Shown here: positions 42,831 through 62,830 of the stretch, one piece after another
Layout of the letters: the number at the start of each line of letters is the position of its first letter
Numbering within the stretch: position 1 is the first letter of the stretch
Source: Eledone cirrhosa
Taxonomy: Eukaryota
DNA length: 64,000 bases
Assembly (NCBI GenBank): GCA_964016885.1
Contig: OZ024746.1
Span: 20,584,001-20,648,000, forward strand
Direction of reading: 5' to 3'
Notes under the pieces: generated by a model
Told to the model about the DNA's origin: nothing
The model's database searches: none
What the model saw: the letters and a program-made list of their open reading frames with translations, nothing else
Translations under genes and position numbers: made by a program

Positions 42831-43945
42831 TGGAGATGCCTTTCAAGAATAAAAGAACATTGAAAAAAAAGTTGCTATAAAAATTGTCAGTTTCTCTCTT
42901 TAGCCACTAAGAATTGTGTGCATGTTCATGCAATATGTGTCGCCATTTGAAGCTGAAAACATATATCAGAGCTGCTGCTGTTGCTGTTGCTACTCCCACA
43001 TCGATTACTAGAAATCTACAGTTTTATAGAATACAGAAGCGAGTCAAAAAATTCATATTTCATTTAAATGTTAGTTTACATTTCGATATAGAATCTTATT
43101 TAAATATTTCACAATACTTTATATTTCACAATAAGTTTTTTTTTGTCTTTTAATCAAATATATTTGTTTCTCATGGGAGTTGCCGCTGTTGTTGCATAAG
43201 AGAAATGTCGCTGAAGTTATCGAGTCGGATTAAATAAAAAAGATGAGATCATTTCATTTTACCACTTCAGTGAAGTTTTCTACATTTTATCTTCTTAGAA
43301 ATGTCACGTTGTCTTAGTATTTCTAGAGAAATAAAAAAATAATAAAATAGTTTAAAAAATACTATGGCGAGCAATTGATCGATGTGCAAATGAAACATTG
43401 CCCGAACGCGAAAATATACATTAAACAAGCGTATTGACTCTCTCTTGATCCTTGTTATTGGAAAACAGAACAAAGAGGAATGCAATAAAAGAAAAGACTA
43501 AAAGAGGAACAAAAGTAGAAACCAGCAAGAAATCGACCGAAAATTGATATTAATAAAATTGATTTCTTTTGAGAAGAAACACAAATGATTTTGTACAGAC
43601 GGTTGAACCGATATTAGTATATTACTGGTTGTTATTTTATTAAGTGCTAAGGGTTAAAGTAAAAAATGACCCAAATTGGGTTTAAACATAAAGTTAAATA
43701 CTGTGAGACATTCAGTCCGGCATTCTATAATGTTTGATAGGTAAGGGTTTGGATAGGAATCAAGATCTATTGAAGTGATATAGACAGGGAGAAAACTAGT
43801 GCTAACTTGACAGAAAAGAACGAATTTGATATGAAATTTAAGATGAAAATATCAGTGAATAAATGATGTGCTTAGTGCGACATAGCGTGAGCAAGGTGGA
43901 TACGTTCGGGAATAGGTGATTGCAGAACTCAACATCTTTATCAAA

Positions 43946-44660
43946 TTACATCTGGCAATTAAAAGCTAACGGCATCGTAAACCCCACCCTCAAGTAGAGT
44001 GTAGTGACGAAAGAGAAAGCACTTTTGGTTGCGGTGGTTGGTGGATTTGTAGTTAGTATTTCTGTTGTTAACAGAGTGGTCATTAAATACAGGAACAAGG
44101 ACCAGAGCATAACCACCAGCATACAGACCACGGAACGAAACATAGGCATTCTGCGGATCAAGGAAGCCCTACTAATAAAACAACTAAAACTGTCTATTAA
44201 TAATGGACTGGAATGGAGCAAAGCCCTATGGCTAATTTAATCCGGCCATCTAAGCTAATAAAACAGATAAGCAAACCAGCCAAACAAACAATACTGCTAC
44301 GGACACCACCATCCAGATGGAATAAGCAAACCATATAAACAAATAACTAAACAAACAGCACAGAACCACCTCTACCTAGAACAGTTTGCCGACTGTCGTC
44401 GCTATTAATTAACAACAAGTGACCAGCAACAACCATCTGCCGTACCATTTACTACTATCTACTTCCTGGCCTAAACAAAAATGACTAAACTACTGGCTAC
44501 GACAACACCAACAACGTCGAGAACAGACATTAATACCTACCTGCTAATGCCACCAACAAACGTAATCAAAATAGAGCCGACTGAATCCTATGATATATTA
44601 GAATGACTCATACGATAAGAATCTCTTCATTTTGGTAGGATAAAGCAGATAAAATACAAA
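43946..44660 (+). mobile_element. PLE GIY-YIG remnants and 3' region
   Basis: IWQLKANGIVNPTLK*SVV (Nematis-like), then ERNIGILRIKEALLIKQLKLSIN (Penelope/Poseidon-like C-terminus, stop 44240); right boundary uncertain. Confidence 0.55.
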
Positions 44661-44794
44661 GCTCATATCATTGAAGATGAAAATAGTTTATTGCAGATTA
44701 ACTTTACTGGACATAAATCTTTATTGCAGTTAGATGGAAGATTTGATGTAGAATACGAAAAGAATAAGGTTCTCCTAAGGTATGTTACAATTGT

Positions 44795-45500
<706 letters not shown>

Positions 45501-45567
45501 AACAGGTAAAGAGAAATAACAACACTAACGGTACAGTATATGGAAGGAATATATTATATATATATAT

Positions 45568-45623
<56 letters not shown>

Positions 45624-47486
45624 GTATAAATACACAGTTCATTACAAGAGGCAAAATGGCCGAAAGGATTAACTTTGAAAAAATCAATCCGTCACTAAAA
45701 TAGGAGAGTGGCCAAGGGATATAAACAAAAAAAAGTTTTCTCCACCTAATTGTAAAAATGCATTGAAATGTAGGAACAATAAACCATTGAAAAAGCATTG
45801 TAGATTTGAAGAGTTCGTTAGCTTTCTGCAATGACCTTCTTCATGTATTGCTTGAAGAAGGACGACCACGCTTAAGCTGTTTTATTACAACTACACTATC
45901 ATCTTGTCATGGACGCAGTATTATCTTGCCATAGGTACATTTATCATCTTTATCGGAGGAACACTATCATCAGCGATGTCCGTTCCCCCAATTGATTAAT
46001 GGATTCGCCGAAACAATCCATTTGTTCATTGAACTGTAATCTAAGAGATAAACAGTCTATGAATTCTCGCAAAGGAGATAGAAGACAAACTACAGTTGGT
46101 GAGAAATAACAGTGAAGAATAATGTCTAATGTTGTTTTCAAGCTAATAAATATTTTAAAGATTATTGTCATAAATATTTTTAAAATGATCATAAATAAAA
46201 AAAAAGAACAATTTGCAAAGATTTCAGCACATTTGAGAACGAGCGCATATGTGCAAGTGTGAATGTGTGTCTCTAAAGGCATATATTCATTTATGACACA
46301 TTCATATATGACACATAGATATGTGAATAGAAAGAAAGAAACAAAGAAAGCGGTGGTGTGTGTACGTGAGTGAGATTTATAATAACTTGTCTATTCGGAA
46401 AATTTCATTATATTTAGATTTTGGAGATATACAGCATATAGTATTCTAGAAGTGGTCAAATGTTTGTAAAATAAAATGTATATTTTTTTTATATATGTAA
46501 AATAGTTTTGTCATGCAGTTCTTTTGAACAATTTAATTAGGGTTCTTAAAGATTGCAAATATTTTTTTTTTAAATTTGTATTTCCAAAATACCTTTCATA
46601 TCAAATTCTCGACATACAATTCGTATTTCACTACAGGCATCCATCATACTACATTTCTGATCAACATGACTAACCGCCTTTGCTTCAATAGTTTTTAATG
46701 CAGACAAAGCGTTAAGAAGGCATGACAGCATGATGTTCTTGAATTGTTAAAAGAGACTCAGTTATCTTAGAAAGAACTAAGAGTCTTCTATTTTCATTTA
46801 TCATTTATCATTTATTTAACAATCTTTCCTTCAGATATTTTTTCCATTAAAATAGAAAAAAGACTGAAAGTGAAAAAAAATCTCCTATGAAAAATAAAAC
46901 ATATACATAAACGTTTAGGTGTCTTTAATTCTGTAAAATAACTGTCGTTTTAAGTTTAATTATGCAGAAACTAAGGAAAAAACAAACAAATAACAAAAGC
47001 CAAAAGTAAAGTAAAGCAAAGTCAGGGTAATCTTAATTGCATATACATTTCTCCTTAGACGTTTAATGTTCTTAGCCTTTAGGAAGAAATAAGAGATATA
47101 AAAATCATGTATTATTTGAATCATTTTTATGGATGCAACGCAGAAATTGCCCTCAAATGGATTTTATCTTATAATTGTTTTCTACATTTTGTTTTCACCA
47201 TTTTCTCACACATTGGTTGGTTTAAAATATTTCAGCGCTCTCATTAAATATTCTGTTATGTTGAAAAGCAAAAATGTTGGCTGTTAAAGTCTAGGAAATA
47301 GTTTGTTATTGCCTCAGTACACACAAGCACATACACAAACACCCACAACATATTTGCATCTTTGTATCACGATATGTAAACCAATACATTCACTCTAGCA
47401 CACAGAAGTATGTATATATACACATGAATACAACTATACATATATGCACAAAATTACCAAAATGTATTTTATTATATACAAAACTA

Positions 47487-47897
47487 GGGCGGTGGATTGG
47501 CAGTATCAGTAGAGGGTCGGACGCCAAGCTTTGCAGAATAGTTACGGCCCTTTACGGTCTGAGTTCAAATCCCTCCGAGGTTAACTTTGCCTTTCATCCT
47601 TACGGGGTCGATAAAATAAAGTACCAGTAACGTATTGGGGTCGATTTAATCGACTTTTCCCTCCAAAATTGCTGGTCTTGTGCCTATATAAGAAACCATT
47701 ATATACAAAACTCGCGGATTGGCAGTATCGGTAGAGGGTCGGACGCCATGCTTCCCAGCATAGTTACGTCCCTTTACGATCTGAATTCAAATCCCGCCGA
47801 GGTTAACTTTGCCTTTCATCCTTACGGGGTCGATAAAATAAAGTACCAGTAATGCACTGGGTAATTGCTGGCCTTGTGCCTAAAGTAGAAACAATTA
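47487..47897 (+). mobile_element. Two tandem near-full-length tRNA SINEs with Nin/Deu-like domain
   Basis: Box A TGGCAGTATCGG, box B GAGTTCAAATCC, GCCTTTCATCCTTACGGGGTCGATAAAATAAAGTACC, tail CTTGTGCCTA..AGAAAC.ATT. Confidence 0.88.
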
Positions 47898-48269
47898 TAT
47901 ACAAAACTCATTTTATGTTCATATCTCTCTATCTACAACTTATGGTGGCTCACACTAAAGAAGAAAATGTAGACAAGATTCATTAGGTTAAAGAGAAAAT
48001 TGAGAAGAGAAGAAGCTATTTGGTAGACTCGAAGATATAATATACGAAGTGAAAGTAACGAGACTATATCTCAACAATTTCTTCCATGTGAAACACAAAA
48101 ATATTTGAGCTAAGGCGCATGCATTTAGACAGAAGGGAACAAAAACGGCTGAATGGAATTGGCTGGTGGAGGTGCAGCGGGAAAACAAAGACACATTTCG
48201 ATCTTTGACAGAATGCCGCGTGCGCGTGCTATTCCATTTGAAGCAAGTATTTTTAGCAGGACTTTGTGT

Positions 48270-48482
48270 TAAGCAACTGAGAGTACAAGATTATCCTTAG
48301 ACAGGACGAAATTGTAGGAATAATTCCTCAGCTACTGTTGGTACTCACTCTCAGCTGAGCGTACTGGAGTAAGAAGAAAAAATGTTTTTCCTCAAGAACA
48401 AAACGCAGCACTCTGTCACGGAATCGAACCTACGACACTATGATCGTAAGCCCAACATCCTAACCATTAAGCCAAGCGGCTT
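48270..48482 (-). mobile_element. tRNA SINE, second family, degenerate
   Basis: Homologous to 14660-14935. Confidence 0.65.
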
Positions 48483-48891
48483 TCCCAACATACTACGATA
48501 TGGAATTGAACACACCATATATATATATGAATGTAATTCAGTAGTCTGTAATTAGTCTTCTGTAATAATCTATCCTATCATTTTGTGAAGCAATAAAACT
48601 AAATTGAAATAATAGCTAAAACATATTCAAAGCTACCATTTTAAAGAAACGAATGTTTTTAATATCAATTTAAATGGTCGATTAATTTGTAATTGAATAG
48701 TGTTATGAAGAATTTATTAGCATACAAGTAAGATATGAGAGTGAATACAAATTCAAAAAGAAGTAAATAAAAATAGCAACAATAACGAAATCAGACATTT
48801 TTACTCACACACCACAATACAAATATTATTATCGTTATCGAACCAATTTTTGCAAGTATTGCTATTTATGCAATGCGGTTATATTTTAAAG

Positions 48892-48962
48892 GAGAAAAAT
48901 GGGTTGATGGAAATTGTACAGAGGTCCGCTGGATGCATTGTATTTGCAATTCAAAGGTTTAA
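48892..48962 (+). CDS. Possible terminal exon encoding a C-type lectin-like domain end
   Basis: TATTTTAAAG acceptor then xEKWVDGNCTEVRWMHCICNSKV*, resembling the CTLD W-x-D-x2-C...IC motif; no partner exon identified. Confidence 0.3.
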
Positions 48963-51257
48963 ACTTGTCACATACACTTTATCATACAAATTTTATCAGA
49001 ATGTAACGTTAAGGGTACAGGTTTCTATGGAATCCTCAGTCATTTACATACTAATTCAATGAGCAAGTAATTTGGTTGATCAAAGAACTGATTACTCAGG
49101 GCCGAAACCAACAGGTATCTCCTTTTACTTTTAAAGGGAAACAAAAGTACTTGTTTTCTTGTTTACTGAAACATAAACTCGATCAAATATTTATACCAAA
49201 AACATCTTAGAGTAGACTCATTACTATTTTCATTTTAAAATCTCGTTGATTTTTAAAATTCATTCGCTTCTATTTCTTTTCTTGTTTTCTAATATTTTTG
49301 TTCTATAACTGTATTTTATTTTAAATTTCGTCTTCCATTTATTCTCTTTTTCTCATTTTTAAAACTGCTACACCTCTTTTTCTTTTTCCTTTTCATTTCC
49401 CGCCCATTTCCTTTCTATTGTAGTTTGTTATATCATGCATTTTCTTGCTTTCTTTTTTTCCCGTTTTCTCCTTTTTTTTCTATAATTCGCATAATGTAAT
49501 TCTTTGTGTTTTCACGTTTAATTTTTCTAAACCTTCTCTGACTTATATATCTTTAACCTTCTCCTCATATCTATCCTTTCTACTCTTTCCCTAGCCGACG
49601 AAGGCGATCAATAATTAGCTATGATTTGATTCCGATGCTACGTAATTAAATTACCGATGTTGAATATGCCAGCGTATGTTGCAAAATTACTAAGCGTCAG
49701 AAATGTAACCAATCAATGAAGATCAGATGAAAAACACTGTTGATTAATATTTAGAAAGATACATGCCGCAAAATTGGCAACTAAAGATTATACAAGGAAA
49801 CTGTTTTTGTACGAATTACATGGAGGATTTCGGCTGAAAATCGATTAAGAAAAGACGATCAGATAAAAAAAAAACAACAATAATAAAATAAGCAAACAAA
49901 AAAATTCTGGAACATTAAAAAAAAACAATCTATTGCTGGCAAGAAAATAAATTCGATGCTAGTACTAAGAAACAACGATAAAAATAATGATTTCTAAGAT
50001 AGACACAAGGCCTGCTCCGAACAGATTGCAAAGGTTTGGGAATTTTTTACTTGACATAGAATCCCCATTCCAACGTTCATAATATAAAGTTGGCCAAATA
50101 TTTTTCTCTTGTTATAATGGAGGTGAATGTAACAAGTCCTTTTCAACAAAACCAAGGCAATTTGTCAAAGTATGATCATGAAAGGTATGATCATGACAAT
50201 GTATGATCCTGAAAGACACAAATTGTTAGAGACCATAAATATGATATAATTAAGACTATAAGTATCAGGAATTGTAGTTATTTTATTAAAAAAATATAGG
50301 TTCCCACTTCGAAATCAGTATGTGACCATTTATCCAGGAATATGTTAGAATGTCGGTTAGAATAATTTGCGATATTCGTTCTGGCTTTCTACTCTCTTAA
50401 TTCAAATCTCGCTGAGGTCAACTTAGCCTTTCATTCATTCGAGGTCGATAAAAAAGTACCAGTTTACTACTGGAGTAGATTCTTCCGCTATATCTCTTTC
50501 ACACTTCCCTTTTCTTACTCACTCTCTATCCTTTTCTGGAGGAAAACTGCTGTACTTGGAGATGAGGAGATGGGGCTCCGCCAGGTTTCAATATGCCCTA
50601 AGAAACGCCGTATATCAACATGGCGTCTTTACGACACCCTCAGGAGTTACGGGTTCACACCATACCAAAATGACAATTGGAGCTCGAAACTATAGAAGGG
50701 ATTGTACATATAAACTCTAGTCCTCTTAGATCCAATTGTTTTTACTTTACAATACAAACGAAAACCGCATTAGTGAGCACAGGTTAAAGGGGGAATGAGT
50801 AATCCGAATTTAATGCATAAAAGTATACAAAATTGAGCATGTAAAATCCTGCATCACCATAAACAAATGAGAACAATCTAAATAAAGAACCGGGTCATAC
50901 TTCTCAAAATTTCACAGATAAAGCAGAAAAGACAAATGGATAGGAGAAAATACGTTTCTATATCACATTTTATCTTGCAGTTACACTCTACCTAAAATTG
51001 AAAACACGAGAATACTTTCGTACAAAATTTAGAGAGAAATAATATTGATCTGAATATAATGTTGGTTCAAAACATACTAGTTACATACTTAAAATCAAGA
51101 CATTATCAGAAATGGAAATAGAATACTTAGAAATAGATATACGTACAAAGTTTACTGAAAATACAACTAATAGTCACTTCAAACGTATTATGTAGTGCAC
51201 AATAGAAATCATAAAATCAAAATAAAGCCCTACAAAGATATGGCCCAGTTGTGAATC

Positions 51258-51660
51258 ATGAATGAAAAAAGAAATATGTTTCCTATAATCAAGGAAGCCA
51301 ACAAATTCAAAACAAAAGTTGAATTGAAAGATAATTATGAGGAAAATGAAAACACAGAAGAAAGATCAAAAGAAACTGCGAAAAAGATAAAATACAAATT
51401 GAAAATATATAATGTCACGCTAAAACGATGGCAAGAAAAACCCATACATGGCCAATACACGTACAAACTTAATAGGGAAGAAGAGGACAAACACAACTCA
51501 CAAAACTGGTTAAAAAGCACTGGAGACTAAAGGATTTCTAACTGCTGCACAACATCAAAACCTCATTACCAGAAACCACCAAATATACACAATGAAGCAG
51601 AACACAGCAAGTAACTGCAGAATATGTGGTGATGGGGGGAATAAACAATTAATCACATTA
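51258..51660 (+). pseudogene. R4/Dong-like LINE ORF remnant (post-RT region to CCHC)
   Basis: WQEKPIHGQY..SQNWLKS..ETKGFLTAAQHQNLITRNH..CRICG..INHI across frameshifts. Confidence 0.75.
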
Positions 51661-52156
51661 GATAATGATAATTCTTTCTCATTTAGGCTCAAGGTCAGAA
51701 ATTTGGAGGATGGATATGTCAATTAAATTGATCTAGTATATAACTGTAATTATTATTATCATTGTATAGTGTAAGTTGCCAACAATACACAATATTTATT
51801 ATGATAATCCAGTAGGCAGATAAGAACTCTACAGTAATAACAACAAAGGTATTATAAGTAAAATAATTATTAGTAGATGTAGTAATATCAGTGGCAGTAG
51901 TAGTATGAAGTGTAATATTGGTATTAGAAATACAACTAAATATAACAACAGTGAAACACAATCACAATAACAACAACAACGACAACCACAACAACAAAAA
52001 CGATTATAATAATGATGTTAAACGTTAACAAAAACGCTACTTGAAATAGCTGAAAGCCATTATTTTTCTCTATCATTAGGAAAAGAAACTCATATTTAGT
52101 TGCAAATAATTGCTTGCACTTTTGAACAAATTGGTTTTTATACTCACGAGAGACCG

Positions 52157-52207
<51 letters not shown>

Positions 52208-52225
52208 TGGCAAATAAAAGAAATA

Positions 52226-52301
<76 letters not shown>

Positions 52302-52486
52302 CATACATACATACATACATACATACATACATACATACATACATACATACATGCATACATACATGCATATATACATACGTACGTAAATACATACATCATA
52401 CATAAGCACATACATACCTACATACATACATACATACATACATACATACATACATACATACATACATACGTACGTACATACATACA

Positions 52487-52517
<31 letters not shown>

Positions 52518-52549
52518 GTACGTACATACATACATACATGCATAAACGA

Positions 52550-52794
52550 TGATGATGATGGCTGGAATTCAATTTGGAGCAATGCCATCGCTTGATACTT
52601 AAACATGATGTGACTTTTTAGTCCTGCTAGGGACTACTTGCCTATGGCCCTTTGACGGGTCTTATTTTTCATCCCACATGGTATCCCAAATCCCCCTCCT
52701 CACCAAGTAAGCTTGGTGCGGTTTCCGATTTAGTCGTCGACGATCCGACATGCACATGTTGTACTAGGTTACATACATGTTATCAGTAGCGCTG

Positions 52795-52796
<2 letters not shown>
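52550..52796 (-). mobile_element. Degenerate, internally deleted RTE-derived retroposon (family C-like)
   Basis: CACCAAG..CTTGGTG hairpin and 5' end homologous to 8982 copy. Confidence 0.6.
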
Positions 52797-52880
<84 letters not shown>

Positions 52881-52915
52881 ACATACCTCTACCTAGGATA
52901 AAAATATTTAAATAG

Positions 52916-52998
52916 AACTTTTGCATATATATATATATATATATGATTTCTAAAGAATGAAACAGTTCTAGTCCTGTAGAATCTCATCTATATTAAAA

Positions 52999-53056
<58 letters not shown>

Positions 53057-53141
53057 TTTTAATATAGATGAGATTCTACAGGACTAGAACTGTTTCATTC
53101 TTTAGAAATCATATATATATATATATATATATGCAAAAGTT
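52916..53141. repeat. Palindrome centred on (TA)n containing PLE terminus fragments
   Basis: Arms include flanking AACTTTTGCA(TA)n and about 58 bp of the 26433/55558 family. Confidence 0.85.
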
Positions 53142-54051
53142 GGTTCAAAACATACTAGTTACATACTTAAAATCAAGACATATATATATATTCGACTGAT
53201 ACCAATGTAACACCAAATTAGCAGGCGGTCCCCAAATCGGTTCGCAAAGCAGGTTGTCTGACGCTCTACCGATACTGCCAATCCACTGCCCTTATCAATA
53301 ATAACGATCACAATCAACAATTATTATGTATGATCTTTTAAGAAGGGATGGTTATATTGGAATAAATCAAGCCCAATAATTGATGGGCAATCACTATATC
53401 AGTATCTGAAGTATGAAAGACAGAATGTAAGAAGACATAAGTAAATACATTTTATCCGGCAATCTACCAATTCTTCCTTTGAACTAATAACATTAACCCC
53501 ATACATTGTCTTCCTTAACTGTTACGTATATGTTCTATACAATGACCGAGTTGTAAAGATGGAATAATGAAACTTTTATAGTGTTTAGTAATAGATCTTA
53601 TTTTAGAATGATAATTTCCGACCGATGACAAATCAGTGGATGTTACCAAGGCAACATTCTTGCGTGTATATGCAAGTTTGTCAGTTTCCGTTTGCGTGTA
53701 TTTGTACATGCGTTGTATTTATGTACGTATGTATGTGCGTGCCAGTATATATGTGTATGTGTAAACGCTTGTATGAAAGACAAGTTGTCTGCTTCTAAAA
53801 CTGGATTAGAAAGGACCAGTTATTGGCAAACAAGTCAACAAGTATACAAGCGTGCAAGAGAAAAGGCAGATGATTCAACATCACCGGACAGCAAACAATG
53901 AGTGATATATAGGAATTATCTCACTACAAACTATAGCAACTTCTAATCGATAAATCATAACCTTAATACACACAGAAGCATATGTCAAAGTGAAGAGCAT
54001 TTTGTTCATATTATTAGTAGTAACATGGTTTGACAAAAATTCTATATTGGG

Positions 54052-54130
<79 letters not shown>

Positions 54131-54212
54131 GCATTTATAATATATATATTTGTGTATACATACATTTATATTATAATAACATATATGTATCTATGTATAT
54201 ATATATATATAT

Positions 54213-54558
54213 GTAGAGGTTATATTTAATTTGTTGAGATACAACAAACAAAATATTTTTATAACTGATATAAAGCACTCAACAAATTAATTGGAGTAAA
54301 TATACAATATATTAACAAATGGAAACTATATTTATAAAACCATATTTATTTCATTATATATATTTCAAGGGCCAGGAGACTTCAACCGCGAAGGTTGCAT
54401 TTTTCAGGGTATGTCAATATTTATTTATAAAACTAATCTATATTATATTTTATCTGATGAAAGCGCACCATAATCTGCCTTGGTGGCCCTTGAAATATGT
54501 ATAATGAAATAAATATGGTTTTATAAATATAGTTTCCATTTGTTAATATATTGTATAT
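54213..54558. mobile_element. Tail + fold-back element with hammerhead-like motif; probable PLE derivative
   Basis: Tail 54213-54299; arms 54300-54374 and 54484-54558; TATTTTAT-CTGATGA-AAG..CTT-GAAA-TATGTA-TA-ATGAAATA at 54446-54511. Confidence 0.75.
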
Positions 54559-54596
54559 ATATATATAAATATCCACCGAAATGCGATTCTCGCTGA

Positions 54597-54639
<43 letters not shown>

Positions 54640-54798
54640 TTATTAAGATAACCTATTATTAAGCAAAGAATCGCTGCTTTCACCCATAACGGGATCTTCT
54701 GAAACAAAAAAAAAATCAATCTGTGAACGCAGAAGTAAATATTTCGAAAAACGTTGCAACCGAAGGAAAACAGGAAGACGATACTTTGGTTCGTGAAG

Positions 54799-54840
<42 letters not shown>

Positions 54841-55064
54841 CCCTCCACACACACACACATATATATATATGATAACACAAAGCAAAGAATAATTCAAAGA
54901 TCAAATGTGATTTTTATAATCCACAACAAGATAGGTAAAAGACAGTTCAGAGTTTAATCCAATCGGTTAATTTACAATCACGTAAAAGGTTCGTAAAGCA
55001 ATTAAATAATTTTATGTAATTAATTCCTGGTTATTTGTATTCTTTATATATATATATATATATA

Positions 55065-55094
<30 letters not shown>

Positions 55095-55096
<2 letters not shown>

Positions 55097-55277
55097 ATTG
55101 TTTCTACTTTTGGCACAAGGCCAGCAATTATCCAGTGCATTACTGGTACTTTATTTTATCGACCCCGTAAGGATGAAAGGCAAAGTTAACCTAGACGGGA
55201 TTTGAACTCAGAATGGCAAGGGCCGTAACTCTATGCATCAAAGCATGGCGTCCAACCCTCTACCGACACTGCCAATT
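55095..55277 (-). mobile_element. Nin/Deu-like SINE
   Basis: Reverse complement of 47714-47897. Confidence 0.85.
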
Positions 55278-55296
55278 CATCATATAATATAATATA

Positions 55297-60741
<5,445 letters not shown>

Positions 60742-60744
<3 letters not shown>

Positions 60745-61116
60745 GGAAAAATTTGAACAGGGACAAAACAGAGAGGCAGTACAACAAATGTTTATTAATT
60801 TCACGCTCTGGAGAGTGGGGTGTTGGTAATAAAGATAAAAATAAAAATAAAGCATGATCAAAATACAGGGAATGAGATAAATTTAAAAACAAAGGCATGA
60901 TCAAAATAAACTGAAATTAAAAGGGGGTTAAACAGGTGGTGGAAGGGTGTGGGGTGTGTAGGGGTGGTGGCGGGTGGAGTGGGGAGAGGGAGACGGGGTA
61001 TCCGAGCGGGGAGGGCTGAAGGTGGTGTGTGTGTGTAGGTGTGCGTGTGTGTGTGTGTGTGTATGTGAAAGTAAGGGTTGCGGGAAGAACGGGGTTGCAT
61101 GTTCAGGAAGAGGTGT

Positions 61117-61147
<31 letters not shown>

Positions 61148-62336
61148 GAGTTTGTGGGTCGGAGTGTCTGTGCGTGTGTGGATAGAGGGGCGGGGGGAGA
61201 GGAATCAGGAGGCTGAGGGTGTAGATATGTGGTGGAAAGCACGTGTGTGGGGTTTAAGCGTGTTGTGGGTGTAGGTGGCGTGTGAAGAAAAATTTTTTTT
61301 TGGGGGTGTGTGTGTGGGTGAGTTATATAGGTGGTTACGTAAGAGGATGGTTGAAAAGTTGGTAAATTCCGAAGATGTTTAGTGGATTGGTGGCTGGTCA
61401 ATTTCTGCGTGTGGGTATTCCATGAAGCGATTGTCGGAAGAGGAGAGATGTGGGGTGCGCGCGCAACAGGAAGTGGTCAGCAGTGGGAGTGCTGTGGTCT
61501 GTTTGTGCTGGGAGGTGGTCAGAGGGCATAGCAGCAGTCGGTGGAATGGTAAAGGGGCGAGGATGGGTAGGTGTGAAAGTTGGAGTGAGGAGGGTGTGTG
61601 TGTGTGTATTAGTAGGGGTGTTAGTGGGATGAGTGAGTGTTGAGCGAGGGTGTGGTGGAGCGGGGAGAGAAGGGTGTGTGTGGTTCTATGGAGGGAATGT
61701 GGTGTACTGGTGTGTGTGTAGTTGGATGAAGAGGTGTTAGTGGGTGTTAGTATACGGCAGGTGGGGAGGGGTTGAATGCAGGTGTGAGTGGGGGTTAGTG
61801 GTGGTAGGGTGTGTAGAGTTGGTGGTGTACGAGGGTGTGTGGGTACGTGTGCGTGGGATTGGGGGGTGTTAGTGATGTTAGTTGCGTGTGGGGTGGGTGG
61901 TGTAAGTGGGTGCGTGTGTTCGTGTGCTTGGGGTTAGGGGGTGTTAGTGAGGTTAGTTGCGGGGTGGTGGGATGGAGGTGTGGGGGTGAGGGTTAGTGGT
62001 GGTAGTAGGGTGTGTGTTTAGTGTGAGCGCGTGTATATATGTGCCGGTAGGTGTGTGCGTGTGATAAGGAGGGGGGAGGAGGAGAAGAGGGGAGGGAAGG
62101 GATGTTAGTATGTTAGTTGGGGAAAGGTGGTCAGATGAGGGGTGGAGTGGAGGTGTTAGTATTGTTAGTTGTGGGGTGGGCGGTGAAAAGGAGGGGTGTG
62201 TTAGTGGTGTTAGTGGGGGATAAGTGTGGGGGGAGGGGGGCGGTCGATGGCTAAAGGAATGAGGGTGGGGAGTTCAGGCCGGGGGGAGTGTGGGTCTGTA
62301 AGATGAAGATAGTTCGTTGTTCGACCGTAAGGCGAT
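60742..62336 (-). mobile_element. Probable PLE 3' region with 1.4-kb G/T-rich low-complexity tract
   Basis: Terminus shared with 30132; bounded by (TA)n on both sides; strong G/C strand skew. Confidence 0.5.
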
Positions 62337-62339
62337 ATG

Positions 62340-62409
<70 letters not shown>

Positions 62410-62627
62410 TATAGAACCAGTTTGAAACTAGTTAGACTATTACTCAACAAAATACTCGATACTTGGGGTAATTGAGTATGGTTAGATATATATATGTCTT
62501 AAAAAGGGGATCTAATAGAGAGCTCTGCAAATTAGGTTTAGTTTTGATATAACTTGATTTATTTCGTTGAATAACTGAATTAAAATAAAACAATTTAAGA
62601 TATAGTCATTAAAATATAATATATATT

Positions 62628-62830
62628 ATATTACACTGGTACACACTTGTGTTGCTGGAAACTGGTTGCATTCATTGAGAACCTGAAATATGATATAAAG
62701 GAGAGTTTAAACACATCGGATTTACTTATATTACACTGGCACACACTTGTGTTGCTGGAAACTGGTTGCATTCATTGAGAACCTGAAATATGATATAAAG
62801 GAGAGTTTAAACACATCGGATTTACTTATA
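62628..62830. repeat. Near-perfect tandem duplication of about 100 bp
   Basis: ATATTACACTGG.ACACACTTGTG..GGATTTACTT twice, one substitution seen. Confidence 0.9.

Noticed and set aside
45855-45925. Possible upstream exon of the lectin-like gene (phase-compatible GT donor)
   Set aside because: Weak splice sites and no recognisable domain motif
47487-47580. tRNA gene
   Set aside because: Box A/B present but no cloverleaf; continues into SINE body in many copies
61920-62000. Interstitial telomere
   Set aside because: Only isolated TTAGGG-like words, no tandem array
62630-62690. Minus-strand terminal exon after TTTCAG in the 100-bp duplication
   Set aside because: Too short, no homology recognisable, no partner exons seen
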